Below, one piece after another: positions 1 to 10,333 of a stretch of 38,276 nt of DNA (position 1 is the stretch's first letter; every line of letters begins with the position of its first letter). The notes below the pieces were generated by a model. The model made no database searches. It was not told where the DNA came from and saw nothing but the letters and a program-made list of their open reading frames with translations. Position numbers and translations under genes: made by a program. This DNA comes from Nitrospirota bacterium (GTDB taxonomy: Bacteria; Nitrospirota; Nitrospiria; Nitrospirales; UBA8639), in contig QJYE01000022.1 of assembly GCA_003235785.1 (NCBI GenBank), forward strand, positions 1-38,276, read 5' to 3'.

Positions 1-3000
1 ATTCAGGATCGTCATCGCCACCAAGTGCCTTGAGATTGTTGAGGATCGTTTCATCCAGACAAGGCGGTCTGGCCGTAGAGTCTTGTCTTGTGTTAGCAGG
101 CATGGGAGAATTCGATTCTTTGCTGGGTATTTGCTGGGGTAGCCATTTGGAGATCATGGTCGAGAGTTCTTCCAGTCGGACTGGTTTAGCCAAGAAATCG
201 TCCATGCCGGCTTTGAAACAGTCCTCCCGATCTTCGGGCAACGCATTGGCCGTCAGGGCAATGATGGGCATTCTTGAGGGAGAAGGGAAACGTGAAATAT
301 TAGAAGGAGGGCTAGTTTCTCTGGGCTCGTTATTTCCTACGTTTTCCTTTTCAACTTTTTCTTTTAACTTTGCCCTTTCCGCTTCCCGAATCTTCCTTGT
401 CGCTTCTAACCCATCCATTTCTGGCATTTGACAATCCATGAGTATCAGGTCATAGGACGTGCGAGCTAGGGCCTCAATGGCGTCCAGGCCGTTCCCTACA
501 ATATCCACCTGATACCCGAGTTTTTGCAACATACGTACCGCCACTTTCTGGTTGACGACATTATCTTCAGCCAGAAGAATCTGTATTTGTGCGCGAGCCT
601 GGGCCTCTTCCACCGAATGCCTGGTGACTATCCCTGTCTGACCTGGACGGTGAGTCGCAGTCGAAGAGGGCTGTGCGTCCAACACCATTTGTAAGCATTG
701 CTGTAATTGAGCATGTCGAACCGGTTTTGTGAGGTAGCCATTGAACCCGGCTGCTTCAGCTACTTTCCCTTCGCCCCGTTTCCCAAGTGCGGTGAGGAGT
801 ATCAGAGGTGTCTGGGCGATCTTGGGAGTGCGCCGGATGTGTGCGGCCAAGGAGAAGCCATTTTCTTGTACGGTCTCGGTTAGTCGATGGTCCAGCAGGG
901 CGATATCGAAGGGTTTCCCCTGATTGGCCCGCTTGTGGAGCAGGGCGAGGCCTTCCTCACCATTGCGCGCGACTTCACAGACCATACCCCAGGATTGAAC
1001 ATAATGCTTCAGGAGAAATCGAATTGTATCATGTGTTTCGACGATACAGATTCGACGGTCGCGGAGCGTGATCCTCGGGATGGTGGTCGGTGAAGAGGGG
1101 GTTTTATGTGCAAGGGGAATGGTAAACCAAAAGGTACTCCCGTACCCTTCTTCACTGATCACTCCAATTTCTCCATGCATCAGGGTCACCAATTGTTTAC
1201 AGATGGCCAATCCTAATCCCGTGCCGCCGAACTTTCTGGTGGTTGAGCTATCCGCCTGAGTAAATATTTCAAAGAGCTTTTGCTGGGCGTCAGGCGTTAT
1301 GCCAATTCCCGTGTCGGTGACGGCAAAACGAAGAGTGGTGGCGTCCCTTAGTGTCTCAACCACCGAGACGTCAACCACAATTTCTCCTTCCTGGGTAAAT
1401 TTAATTGCGTTCCCGATGAGATTGAAAAGAATCTGTCTGATTCTTCCCGGATCACCTCGTAATTGCAGAGGGGTTGTGGCATAGATTAAGCCAATCAGTT
1501 CAAGATTTTTTTGACCGGCTCGTTCAGCAAGGATGTCTAAAACTTCATCAACTGCTGTCCGTATGTCAAAGTCGATGATTTCCAAATCTAATTTTCCGGC
1601 GTCAATTTTTGAAAAATCTAGAATATCGTTTATGAGAGTGAGAAGAAATTCGCCAGAATGTTTTACCGTTTCCACCATCTCCTGTTGATCTGCATCTAAC
1701 CCTGTGCTGAGGAGTAGGTCCGTCATGCCGATGACCCCATTCAAGGGGGTCCGGATTTCATGACTCATGGTAGCTAGGAATTCGCTCTTGGACCGTACCG
1801 CCCTGAGTGCCTGATCTCGTGTTTTCGCTAATTCCTGATTTTGTTGCTCCAGTGTTGCGTTGGCCTGTTTGATGGCGTTTTCCGAATTTTTCCGTTCAGT
1901 GATGTCGTGGGTGACAGCCAAATGCTCCATTTCATTCGTGATGGGATTGAGGAAAGGGTTGGCAAAGGTTTCCATCCAGCGCCTGGTTCCCTTTAAGCTT
2001 TGAATCTCAAATTGAAGTGTCCGAATCTTTCCTTGAATGACATCATGATGCATAAGTTCGAAAGCATTTCGATGCTCCTGGGTCACAAGATCGAACACGC
2101 AAAGCCCAAGCGCATCGGATTCTGTGTCTGCTTCAATAAAGGCTAATCCAGCCGGATTCATATGTAAAAGAATTCCTTCGGCGCTCACACGTTTGATGCA
2201 ACCAGGTCCAGTTTCAAAAATCAAATTTAACAAGAGTTCCCGTTGGTCACGTTCTAATTCCACATTTTTCCGTTTGGTAATATCTTCTGAAATTCCCAAG
2301 AGGAATTGTGGATGCCCTTGTTCGTCCACAATGGGTATTTTTTTGGTGTGAAGGTAGCGGGTTCCTTGAAACTGCGTGTGAATGATTTCCTCTGGTATAT
2401 CGATTTTGCTTTGGCCTGCCAATACCTCACGGTCTTTCCGTGTAAAGAAGTCGGCCTGTTGAGAAGGAAACAAATCATAGTCCGTTTTGCCAATGAGGGC
2501 TTCTCGAGGAATGCCAAGCAGTCTTTCCCCTGCCTTATTGAATCGAACAAACCGAAGGTCCTTTGCGTCTTTTACGAAAATCATATCGGGAATGTTTTCG
2601 ATCACAGAGGATAAAAATCGTTGATTCTCTTGCAACTGTTGCTCGCCTTGTTTTCGAGGCGTAATATTTTGGAATGTACCGGTCATCCGTTGTGATGTAC
2701 CGTCCTGATCCGTGAACAACTGTCCTTTGCACGAAATCCAGCGAATCTCGCCAGTAGGCCAGATGATCCGATGTTCGATGTCGTACAGCCTATGAGTGGT
2801 GAAAGTCTGACGTAGTGCGTGTAGAACCATGGAACGGTCTTCGGGATGAATCAACCGCTAGTAGGCGCTGTAAGTTCTCTCCAATGTGTTTTCCGTGAAG
2901 CCAAGTAGATTGGCCACTTTATCTGACCATACCACTTGATTGGTGGAAATTGTCCAATCCCAAATCCCCAGTCCCGTGGAGATCATGGCCAGGATGAGGC

Positions 3001-3871
3001 GTTCGGAAAGAATCCGTCGTTCCCTTTCTTGTTCTCGTGATTCGGTAATATCTCGAATGGAGCCAGCCATGCGGGTCGGATGACCTGTTGCGTCGCGCAC
3101 TGCCATCCCGGTACCTCGGAACCATCGATATAATCCGGATTTGGTACGCAAACGATATTCCAGATCAAAGGGGAGGTGTTGTTTGAAGTGATTTTCAAAG
3201 GCAGCCTTTGTCCTCTCAAAGTCATCAGGGTGGAGGAGTGCCTGAAAGGTGGAAGCTTTGGCGGGAAATTCTTCCGGCGAATATCCCAGCAATTCGTAAA
3301 AATGTGGAGACCACCATTCCTCATCCTTGTTCACATCCATCCAATCCCAAATTCCATCCTGGGTTCCGCTTATTGCAAGTGCTAGTCGAAGTTCACTTTC
3401 TCGCAAGACCACTTCAGCTTCTTCCTTTTTGACGATTTCCGCTTGGGCGTATTTCCTCAGTCGGTGGGATTCTGCTACCTGGCGATGCAAATCGGAGATG
3501 TCCTGGATGATGACCAAAGCCTGCCATTCTTGGCTGGGTTCGTCCCATATGGCTTTGGCAATGGTTTGCTGTATTCGTGGTTGTCCGCTGGGGAGGGAGC
3601 ATGGCAGAAATTGGGGATGGAATTGCGACGCGAAGGTGGCTGGGGCACCACCTTCAAACAGAGGCTCAAAGCGTGACGTATATTTTGGGGTCCCTAACTG
3701 AGGGAAATGGGTGACAAGCGGGTGCCCCACTGTGGTTGATTTTGAAATTCCCGTCCACTCTTCGAGACAGTGATTCCAAAAGGCGACCGTTCCATCCTGA
3801 CGAAGGATGAACACTCCTTGAGGCAGGTGGTCCAGGACTTCAAGATTGAGAAGTGATTCAAGTTGAGGCAT
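1..3871 (-). pseudogene. Multi-PAS hybrid sensor histidine kinase (5 PAS-HisKA-HATPase-REC-REC-Hpt), interrupted by one in-frame TAG at 2858-2860; 3' end outside window
   Basis: Manual translation continues past the stop of ORF 2858..3871 in the same frame: TYSAY*RLIHPEDR...FQNITPRK, then PAS IENIPDMIFVKD and PAS FETGPGCIKRV. It continues with H-box SEFLATMSHEIRTPLNG, N-box [37 protein letters not shown] (IALLDH..LTKPV), REC (LAEDNVVN..LMDCQMPEMDG..FLAKP) and an Hpt-like start (CLDETILNNLKALGG). Pseudogene, split gene or base-call error is unresolved. Confidence 0.85.
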
Positions 3872-4484
3872 GAGGCGTGGTGGAGGAATACATCATTTCG
3901 CTGACGGCATTAACCAGGAGTCCCAGGTCAGGAATACCGAACATGAGCATGATGTCCCCAGTCAGATCGTATTCTTCGATGGTGAATTGGGTCTGTGCCC
4001 ACAGTATAATTTCTGAAGAATCTGATAGTCTGGGTTGTAATAATCCCTGTATGGAGGTTTCTTGATAAAACGGTACGGAATAGATGATTCGATGCTTAAG
4101 GACATTAGCCAAGGAACCCATTACGCCGTTGAGCACAATGTTGCCAATTTCAGTGAGAGTGGCTTCCCGGAGGGAATCCATGGTGTCAGGATCTTCTGCT
4201 TCTCCGGTAAGGGCAATGACCAAGGCTTTGGCACTTTCGGTAGGGAAGAGTAAGCAGGAGGCTCCCGAAAATGTCCCTTTAAAGGGTAATTGCACGGAAG
4301 ACAATGGGGTGTCCTTCATTTTCTGAACTTCTTGAGAAAGCTCCTCTATTTTCCCTACTTGAATAAAGGGGATATGCAAACGGATTGGTTTTTCCAACAT
4401 CTGATTCAGAGATCCAGCCGCTCGTCCCACACCGATGTTCAGCAATTCTTGTAGGGCATCCAGTTGTTCAGGACTTATGTACAT
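3858..4484 (-). CDS. cheC: CheC/CheX-family phosphatase-like protein
   Basis: Two E-x-x-N motifs (DALQELLNIGVGRAA; ATLTEIGNIVLNG); 208 aa; overlaps both neighbours. Confidence 0.85.
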   Translation of the reverse strand: MYISPEQLDALQELLNIGVGRAAGSLNQMLEKPIRLHIPFIQVGKIEELSQEVQKMKDTPLSSVQLPFKGTFSGASCLLFPTESAKALVIALTGEAEDPDTMDSLREATLTEIGNIVLNGVMGSLANVLKHRIIYSVPFYQETSIQGLLQPRLSDSSEIILWAQTQFTIEEYDLTGDIMLMFGIPDLGLLVNAVSEMMYSSTTPHAST

Positions 4485-4861
4485 GGAACCTCCATGGATT
4501 GCGACGTAAGGAGAATCTGTTGTAACGCCTCCTGTAATTGGGCTTGCTTAATCGGCTTATTCAAGAACAGGGTGGCGCCAAGTTCGAGGCAGTGGATTTT
4601 CAGACATTCCTGTATATCAGCCGTCAGCATGATAATGGGTAGCCTGGTTTTTCGAGCCTGTAAGGCTTCTCGTGTTTGGAGTCCATCCATGACCGGCATA
4701 AGGTTGTCTAAGAGCAGGCAATCTGGCGGGTTGCTTCCAATTTTTTCAAGCGCTTCTTGGCCATTCCCGGCGGTCTCGATACCATGCCCTAAGTTTTCGA
4801 GGATTCCTGAAAGGATGATCCGTTGTGATGAGGAATCATCGGCAATAAGAATTCGGCTCAT
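4475..4861 (-). CDS. Single-domain response regulator (CheY-like)
   Basis: ILIADD, LLLDNLMPVMDG, LTAD, FLNKP; SD AAGGAG upstream. Confidence 0.92.
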   Translation of the reverse strand: MSRILIADDSSSQRIILSGILENLGHGIETAGNGQEALEKIGSNPPDCLLLDNLMPVMDGLQTREALQARKTRLPIIMLTADIQECLKIHCLELGATLFLNKPIKQAQLQEALQQILLTSQSMEVPCT

Positions 4862-4996
4862 ATGGGGTTTGGCTCCTTCTTAGTTGTCAGAATGATTTCC
4901 AAAAAGAGGCCTGGGAAGATGTGTTTCTGTTTTGGAACTTGTCGGCATCTCCGCTTTCCTGAAGGCTCTTGAGTGGTGTGTCACCTCGCAAAATAC

Positions 4997-5383
4997 CTAT
5001 GAGCAAGGGACCGTCGTCGATACCGAGTCAGAGAAAATTTTGTTGAGGGCTTGTCTCAATTGGTCTTGTTTGACGGGTTTATTCAAGAATGCCTGGACCC
5101 CTAATTCCAGGCATCGGTCTTTCAACCATTCCTGTACGTCAGCGGTTAGCACAATGACCGGTAATTTCACGCCTCGCGATTCCAATTGTTCCAGGACTTG
5201 CACTCCATCCATGATGGGCATGAGCATGTCCAAGAGTAGGCAATCGGGAGGATTGGCTTGAATTTTTTCAAGGGCTTCTTGGCCGTTACAGGCTGTCTCC
5301 ACTTGGTGCCCGGCCTCTGCGACGATAGCAGAAAGAGTTTTGCGCTGAAGCAATGAATCATCAGTAATTAATACACGGCTCAT
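4997..5383 (-). CDS. Single-domain response regulator (CheY-like), paralogue of 4475..4861
   Basis: VLITDD, LLLDMLMPIMDG, LTAD, FLNKP; SD AGGAG upstream. Confidence 0.93.
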   Translation of the reverse strand: MSRVLITDDSLLQRKTLSAIVAEAGHQVETACNGQEALEKIQANPPDCLLLDMLMPIMDGVQVLEQLESRGVKLPVIVLTADVQEWLKDRCLELGVQAFLNKPVKQDQLRQALNKIFSDSVSTTVPCS

Positions 5384-5553
5384 GGCATAGGGTCTCCTAT
5401 TGAGTAAACGGACCTGATGGATCCTATCTGTTCATCCGCAGGCCTCGTACTCCTTTCCTTGGGGATGATCTCAAGGCACTATTGATAAATGGTTTCGGAG
5501 TTTTTTCAGTGAATCTTTATAGGGAACGAGGCAATGCGAAAAGGTGTGTGGCT

Positions 5554-6597
5554 TTAGATGTCCGTGGAGGCAAGGGCATCTGATGGGAGCGAGGGTTGAG
5601 TTGATTGGATGATGGTGTTGAAGGATACGAAGCCTAGTCCCATGTTTTGGCAGACGAGGTATTGTCGGTCGAACCGATTCGTGGTCAGCATCATGCGGCG
5701 AATGGTGGAGAAAGGTGCGAGACCCCACATGGGGAGATGAAAGACCGAGAGGGGATAATCGGTTCCAAAAATCAAGCGGTCGAAAATTTCTGGATGGTGG
5801 CGGAGTTTGAGTAACATCCCCAGTCGATTGGGGAGTGTGAGGGCTGAAATATCGGCATAGAAATTGGGATACTGATTGACGAATTGCAAAATCGTTGGAT
5901 AAAACTTTTCATACACCATCAGTCCATAGCTGCAGCCATGGGCGGCGATCACGGTGGCCCCTTCTTCCAGGGCGGTCTGCAGGCGGTTTGGGTCACCTAC
6001 GGATTGATCTTTGCCGATCAGGCTAAATTCATATCCCACATGACTGAGTAAGGGAAGGCCGAGTCTGGCTAGCTCCCTGTAGAATTTTTTGTAACGGGAT
6101 TGTCCGGGATCGAATTGCTGGGCATTGGGGAGAACCTTCACGAGCGCGGCTCCCGATTCTGCGCAACGCTGGAGTTCTTCAATGGCGTCGATGCGTTGCG
6201 GGTTGATGGACACGCCAGCTAAAAATTCGTTGGGGTGTGCCTTGGCCTGCTGCAGAACATAGTCATTACTAATGAGAAATTCCGTCGCATGGAGATCCAT
6301 GCGACCGTCATTGGTATAGACCCCATCCATTCCCAATAACACGGCTTGTTGGACATGTTGTGATGCACGTAATTCCTCCAATAGATCTTGAATGTATTTC
6401 CGATTAGCCGCACCGGGGTCAGTGGGCGACAGCTGGTGCTTCCATAATAAAAAGCGGAAAAGCGGGCTCTTCAACATTTTCTCGGAAATCAGACAGCCGT
6501 TGGTGCCTTCCGGCAACGCAGCTAGATGCACGTGGCAATCGATGAGAGATTTTTCCCGTTGTTCGGGTTGGGGAATGGCGTTCACCTGGTGCACCAT
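5554..6597 (-). CDS. Amidohydrolase_2-family metal-dependent hydrolase
   Basis: IDCHVH (HxH), LSHVG, IAAHG, YADISAL and FGTDYP motifs. Confidence 0.88.
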   Translation of the reverse strand: MVHQVNAIPQPEQREKSLIDCHVHLAALPEGTNGCLISEKMLKSPLFRFLLWKHQLSPTDPGAANRKYIQDLLEELRASQHVQQAVLLGMDGVYTNDGRMDLHATEFLISNDYVLQQAKAHPNEFLAGVSINPQRIDAIEELQRCAESGAALVKVLPNAQQFDPGQSRYKKFYRELARLGLPLLSHVGYEFSLIGKDQSVGDPNRLQTALEEGATVIAAHGCSYGLMVYEKFYPTILQFVNQYPNFYADISALTLPNRLGMLLKLRHHPEIFDRLIFGTDYPLSVFHLPMWGLAPFSTIRRMMLTTNRFDRQYLVCQNMGLGFVSFNTIIQSTQPSLPSDALASTDI

Positions 6598-6618
6598 GCA
6601 AGGCAGGAAACCCTCATG

Positions 6619-9600
6619 TCACGTATTCTCTGGTATGTCGTGCGATTTGGTTTTATATTCAAGCGCGAGGCGCTTGAGAGCACGTAAATCCAACTTCCCG
6701 GTTCCTAAGATTGGCAGGTGATTGACTTTGATGAAATTGTCCCGTCTGGGAAGAAACAGATTGGGAAGGCCGTTTGCGGCCGCTTTTTCGAGCAAATTTG
6801 GGATGTCTGATTCGTCGAGCAGGTGTAAGACGACCAGTTGCTCCCCCTTGCGTTCGTCGGGAATGGCCGTGACGGCTAGCATCATCCCTTCAGCGTTAAT
6901 GGCTTGATGCAGGGCTTCTTCAACCTGTCCATGTGGGACCATTTCTCCCCCGATTTTTGAAAATCGTGACAGTCGGTCGGTGATGATGAGAAATCCGTCT
7001 TCATCAAATTGGGCAATGTCACCGGTGATGTACCATCCCTCGTGGTGGACTTGTGCGGTCAGATCTTCCCGTCCTAAATAGCCCATCATCACATTGGGGC
7101 CCTTCACGAGCAGCATTCCTGGTGTGCCTGCCGGTAGTCGTTCATAGGTATCGGGATCAACAATCCGAAGCGATATGCCAGGGAGTGGCTGCCCCACGGT
7201 GCCTCGTCGCGAGGCAGGCTGAAAAAATCCCGCTGCACGATAATCTGGGCAATTGACGGCGATGACCGGGGCACATTCAGTGACGCCATAACCTTCGATG
7301 GGCCGAATGCCAAAACGTTCCTCAAAGGCCGTCAGGAGGCGGTCAGACAGCTTTTCCGCTCCCGTCAGGACGATGCGTAGCGAGCCAAACTGGTCTGGAG
7401 TGCACCGTCGCACATAGAGTTGCAAAAAGGTGGGTGTGGCTAAAAGGATCGTGATGTGATGACGATGGATGAGGTTGCCGATTGCATTCGCATCCAGGGG
7501 CGAGGGATGAAAGACAACTCCTGCTCCGTGGATGGCGGGAAACCAGAGCGTGGCGAGATAGCCGAACGAATGAAAGAAGGGCAAAATGCCTAGCAGCCGA
7601 TCATGTTTGTCGATGTGGAGAAGCTGGGCGACACCCTCAACATTGGAGTCCAGATTGAAGTGGCTGAGCATGACCCCTTTGGGTTCTCCGGTGCTGCCAC
7701 TGCTAAAGATTATTGTGGCTAAATCATCAATGGTGGGATGAGTGATGGCTCCACAGCAACGTTCCAGCATTCGGATTGGCGCAAAGATTGCCAGGATAAG
7801 CGCGATTATCCGTGCTCGAGATCCGATGGTGTCTTTGATGTCTTCGATCCATATCGGAGTCAAGGACTGTGGGTAGTCCAGTTTGGCTTTTTCAAGAAAG
7901 AGCCGGCTGGTCAAGATGGTCGCTAACCCTGCTTGCCGGCAGGCGGATTCCATTCCTGCGGCCCCTGCCGTGTAATTCACATTGACCGTGGTGCGCCCGG
8001 ACAGCGTGGCGGCAATATTGGCTAAGGCTCCGGCGACGCTTGGAGGCAGTAAGATCCCAACCGTATGTTGTCCGTCCCATGCTTCTCGGAGCGCTCGAGC
8101 TAAGGCAATAGACCCGGTAAGAGCTTCAAGACAGGTGACGCGAGGGCGGGTGCTGTCCGCAAACACAAACCGAAACAGATGCCTCCTCATGGACCATACT
8201 ACGCTATGGTGAAGGGGACGGCGGTCGGTTTTCCGCACCTGCCATGCGGCTTCTCCCAGCTCTTGGATGGTCTGGCGGAGTTCGTCAGTTGAGGTTGTCG
8301 GGGGCAAGGGTTCCCCGATGGACAAGGTAATGGGATAGGGAATGCGAGAGGGCCATTTGGCCACAAATTTTCCTCCAATGAAACTAAACACACTCCCCCA
8401 GACCCGGTCTAAATGAATGGGAATAATGGGGATATCCCGACCTTTTATGATCCGTGTGAACCCAGCGTGAAATGGCAAAAGATTGCCCGTGCGCGTAATC
8501 TGGCCTTCTGGAAAGATGCAGACCAATTCACCTGCATCGAGTTGTCGGCCGGCTTCTCGGAGAGCCTGTAAAATTTCCCGTGGAGAGCCGTTGGACGAAA
8601 TTGGAATAGCGCCCATAATTTTGGCAAAAGGATTGAGGAATGGGTTGTTGTAATAGGATTGATCGACCAGAAACCGGATCGGCCGGTCTGTTGTGGCTAG
8701 GAGCAGGAAGCCATCGATAAATGACACATGGTTTGGGACTAAGAGTGCGCCCCCTTCCTGCGGCAGCCGGTCCCTTCCGAGAATGGTGACGCGGTAAAGG
8801 GTATGAGTGAACAGAACCAGGACCAACCGGATAAACGTTTCCGGAAGTTTGTATAAGGACCAGATGGTGAGCAGGGAACTGCCTAGCCCCGACACGAGGA
8901 AAATGCTGCTGGCACTGAAGCCGATGGTCGACAAGAATCCTGACCCCAGCGATCCCATCATGATCCCCCCGAATACTAAGGTATTGGAGAAAGCGATGAC
9001 GGCTCCTCGGCGATCGGACGGCGTTCGCCATTGAACCAGTGCATTGAGGGGCACGACCACACATCCGCTGGAGAGCCCGAGGCAGGCCATGCCCAGAAGC
9101 GTACCGCCCAGTGCAGGCCTCAAGATGCCTAAGGCGCCTAAACTCATGGTGATCCCGATGCCTCCTAGGGGCAGATACCCGAGCTCAACTTTTGTGGCAG
9201 AAAGTTTTCCGACGGCTAGGGCGCCGATTCCTACACCGACGCCAAAGGCGGCCAGGGGAAGGCCCGAATAGGTATCCGATAGATGCAGGACCGCCTTGGC
9301 ATACACTAAAACGTCTTGCCCCACCAAGCTGGCTAACGTCCAAAATGCAATGGCGCCTAGCACACCCAAGGTCAGCACGCGATCGGCTTGGAGGGCGGCC
9401 AGGGCCATTCGCCACGTGTCACGGAGGCGCCCTCCCGGCCGGGCTCGTGGGACCGGTGGAATCAGGAAGGAGGCCCAGAGGCCGAGACCGGAAAAACAAA
9501 TTAACACCAGGCCGGCTATCCATGGTGTAGGCCAGGACAGCTCTAAGAGTGGTCCGGCAAGGGCCGTTCCGGCAATGATGGCGAGGAAGGTCCACAGCTC

Positions 9601-10089
9601 CAGTTGCCCGTTTCCCCAAGACAAACGGTGATGCGGTAACAGCTCAGGCAGAATCCCATATTTGGATGGACTAAAGAGCGCGCTTTGTGCCCCCATGCCG
9701 GCCAGGACCCATAAGGGCAGCATTCCACCATCAGGATTAACAAAGAGGGCAGTCGTTCCAGCTCCCATCAAGAGAACCTCCAGGGCTTTCATCACCACGA
9801 TCACGGTTCGTTTACTGAATCGATCAGAAAATACTCCGGCAAACGCCGACACGATCATCAAGGGAAGTGTAAACATCACAAAGGCTTGGGTGGTTTGTGT
9901 TTGTGACGCGACCTCAAATGCCGGTCCGGATATTCCGGAGGTGGCTGCCACTTGTTTGATGGCTAGCAGGGCGACCATGAGTTTCCAGGCATTGTCATTG
10001 AATGCCCCAAAAAATTGGGCAATGAGGAGCCCACGAAGGGCTCTTGTCGAAGTAGAGTCGGATGGAGGAGACGAATGGGATTCTGTCAT
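6619..10089 (-). CDS. aas: Aas-type fusion: MFS (LplT-like) + PlsC acyltransferase + acyl-ACP synthetase (AMP-binding)
   Basis: N-terminal hydrophobic MFS region (AQFFGAFNDN, QSALFSPSKYG); NHVSFID (HX4D) and FPEG; FSSGSTGEPKG, EGYGVTE, ITGD, DRLSRFSKIGGE, GTGKLD. Confidence 0.9.
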   Translation of the reverse strand: MTESHSSPPSDSTSTRALRGLLIAQFFGAFNDNAWKLMVALLAIKQVAATSGISGPAFEVASQTQTTQAFVMFTLPLMIVSAFAGVFSDRFSKRTVIVVMKALEVLLMGAGTTALFVNPDGGMLPLWVLAGMGAQSALFSPSKYGILPELLPHHRLSWGNGQLELWTFLAIIAGTALAGPLLELSWPTPWIAGLVLICFSGLGLWASFLIPPVPRARPGGRLRDTWRMALAALQADRVLTLGVLGAIAFWTLASLVGQDVLVYAKAVLHLSDTYSGLPLAAFGVGVGIGALAVGKLSATKVELGYLPLGGIGITMSLGALGILRPALGGTLLGMACLGLSSGCVVVPLNALVQWRTPSDRRGAVIAFSNTLVFGGIMMGSLGSGFLSTIGFSASSIFLVSGLGSSLLTIWSLYKLPETFIRLVLVLFTHTLYRVTILGRDRLPQEGGALLVPNHVSFIDGFLLLATTDRPIRFLVDQSYYNNPFLNPFAKIMGAIPISSNGSPREILQALREAGRQLDAGELVCIFPEGQITRTGNLLPFHAGFTRIIKGRDIPIIPIHLDRVWGSVFSFIGGKFVAKWPSRIPYPITLSIGEPLPPTTSTDELRQTIQELGEAAWQVRKTDRRPLHHSVVWSMRRHLFRFVFADSTRPRVTCLEALTGSIALARALREAWDGQHTVGILLPPSVAGALANIAATLSGRTTVNVNYTAGAAGMESACRQAGLATILTSRLFLEKAKLDYPQSLTPIWIEDIKDTIGSRARIIALILAIFAPIRMLERCCGAITHPTIDDLATIIFSSGSTGEPKGVMLSHFNLDSNVEGVAQLLHIDKHDRLLGILPFFHSFGYLATLWFPAIHGAGVVFHPSPLDANAIGNLIHRHHITILLATPTFLQLYVRRCTPDQFGSLRIVLTGAEKLSDRLLTAFEERFGIRPIEGYGVTECAPVIAVNCPDYRAAGFFQPASRRGTVGQPLPGISLRIVDPDTYERLPAGTPGMLLVKGPNVMMGYLGREDLTAQVHHEGWYITGDIAQFDEDGFLIITDRLSRFSKIGGEMVPHGQVEEALHQAINAEGMMLAVTAIPDERKGEQLVVLHLLDESDIPNLLEKAAANGLPNLFLPRRDNFIKVNHLPILGTGKLDLRALKRLALEYKTKSHDIPENT

Positions 10090-10306
10090 GGCATGGATGA
10101 AGCCGAATTAAGCCCGGGTTGTTGTTCTGGCAGTAAGAGAATCGACACACTGAACTGCAGCGATAGGGGGATGATCGTATGGGAATTCTTCAGGAGCAAA
10201 GCCTTAATCGTCGAGCAAGAGCGATGGGAGAGGAATGTCATCACGAAGAATGCATGGATATTAACATGTTTTCAATATTTTCAAAATTTTTTTGGTGGGA
10301 TCTCTT

Positions 10307-10333
10307 TAAGGTTCTTGGGGGAATGACCGATTT
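10307..10333 (+). promoter_or_regulatory. Putative sigma28 (FliA)-type promoter for the kinase cluster
   Basis: TAAG-N15-ACCGATTT versus consensus TAAA-N15-GCCGATAA, preceded by an AT-rich tract at 10258-10293. Confidence 0.4.

Noticed and set aside
30-3701. Numerous short plus-strand ORFs in the ORF track
   Set aside because: Antisense shadows of the hybrid kinase with no family motifs. The same applies to short ORFs overlapping other genes in the window.
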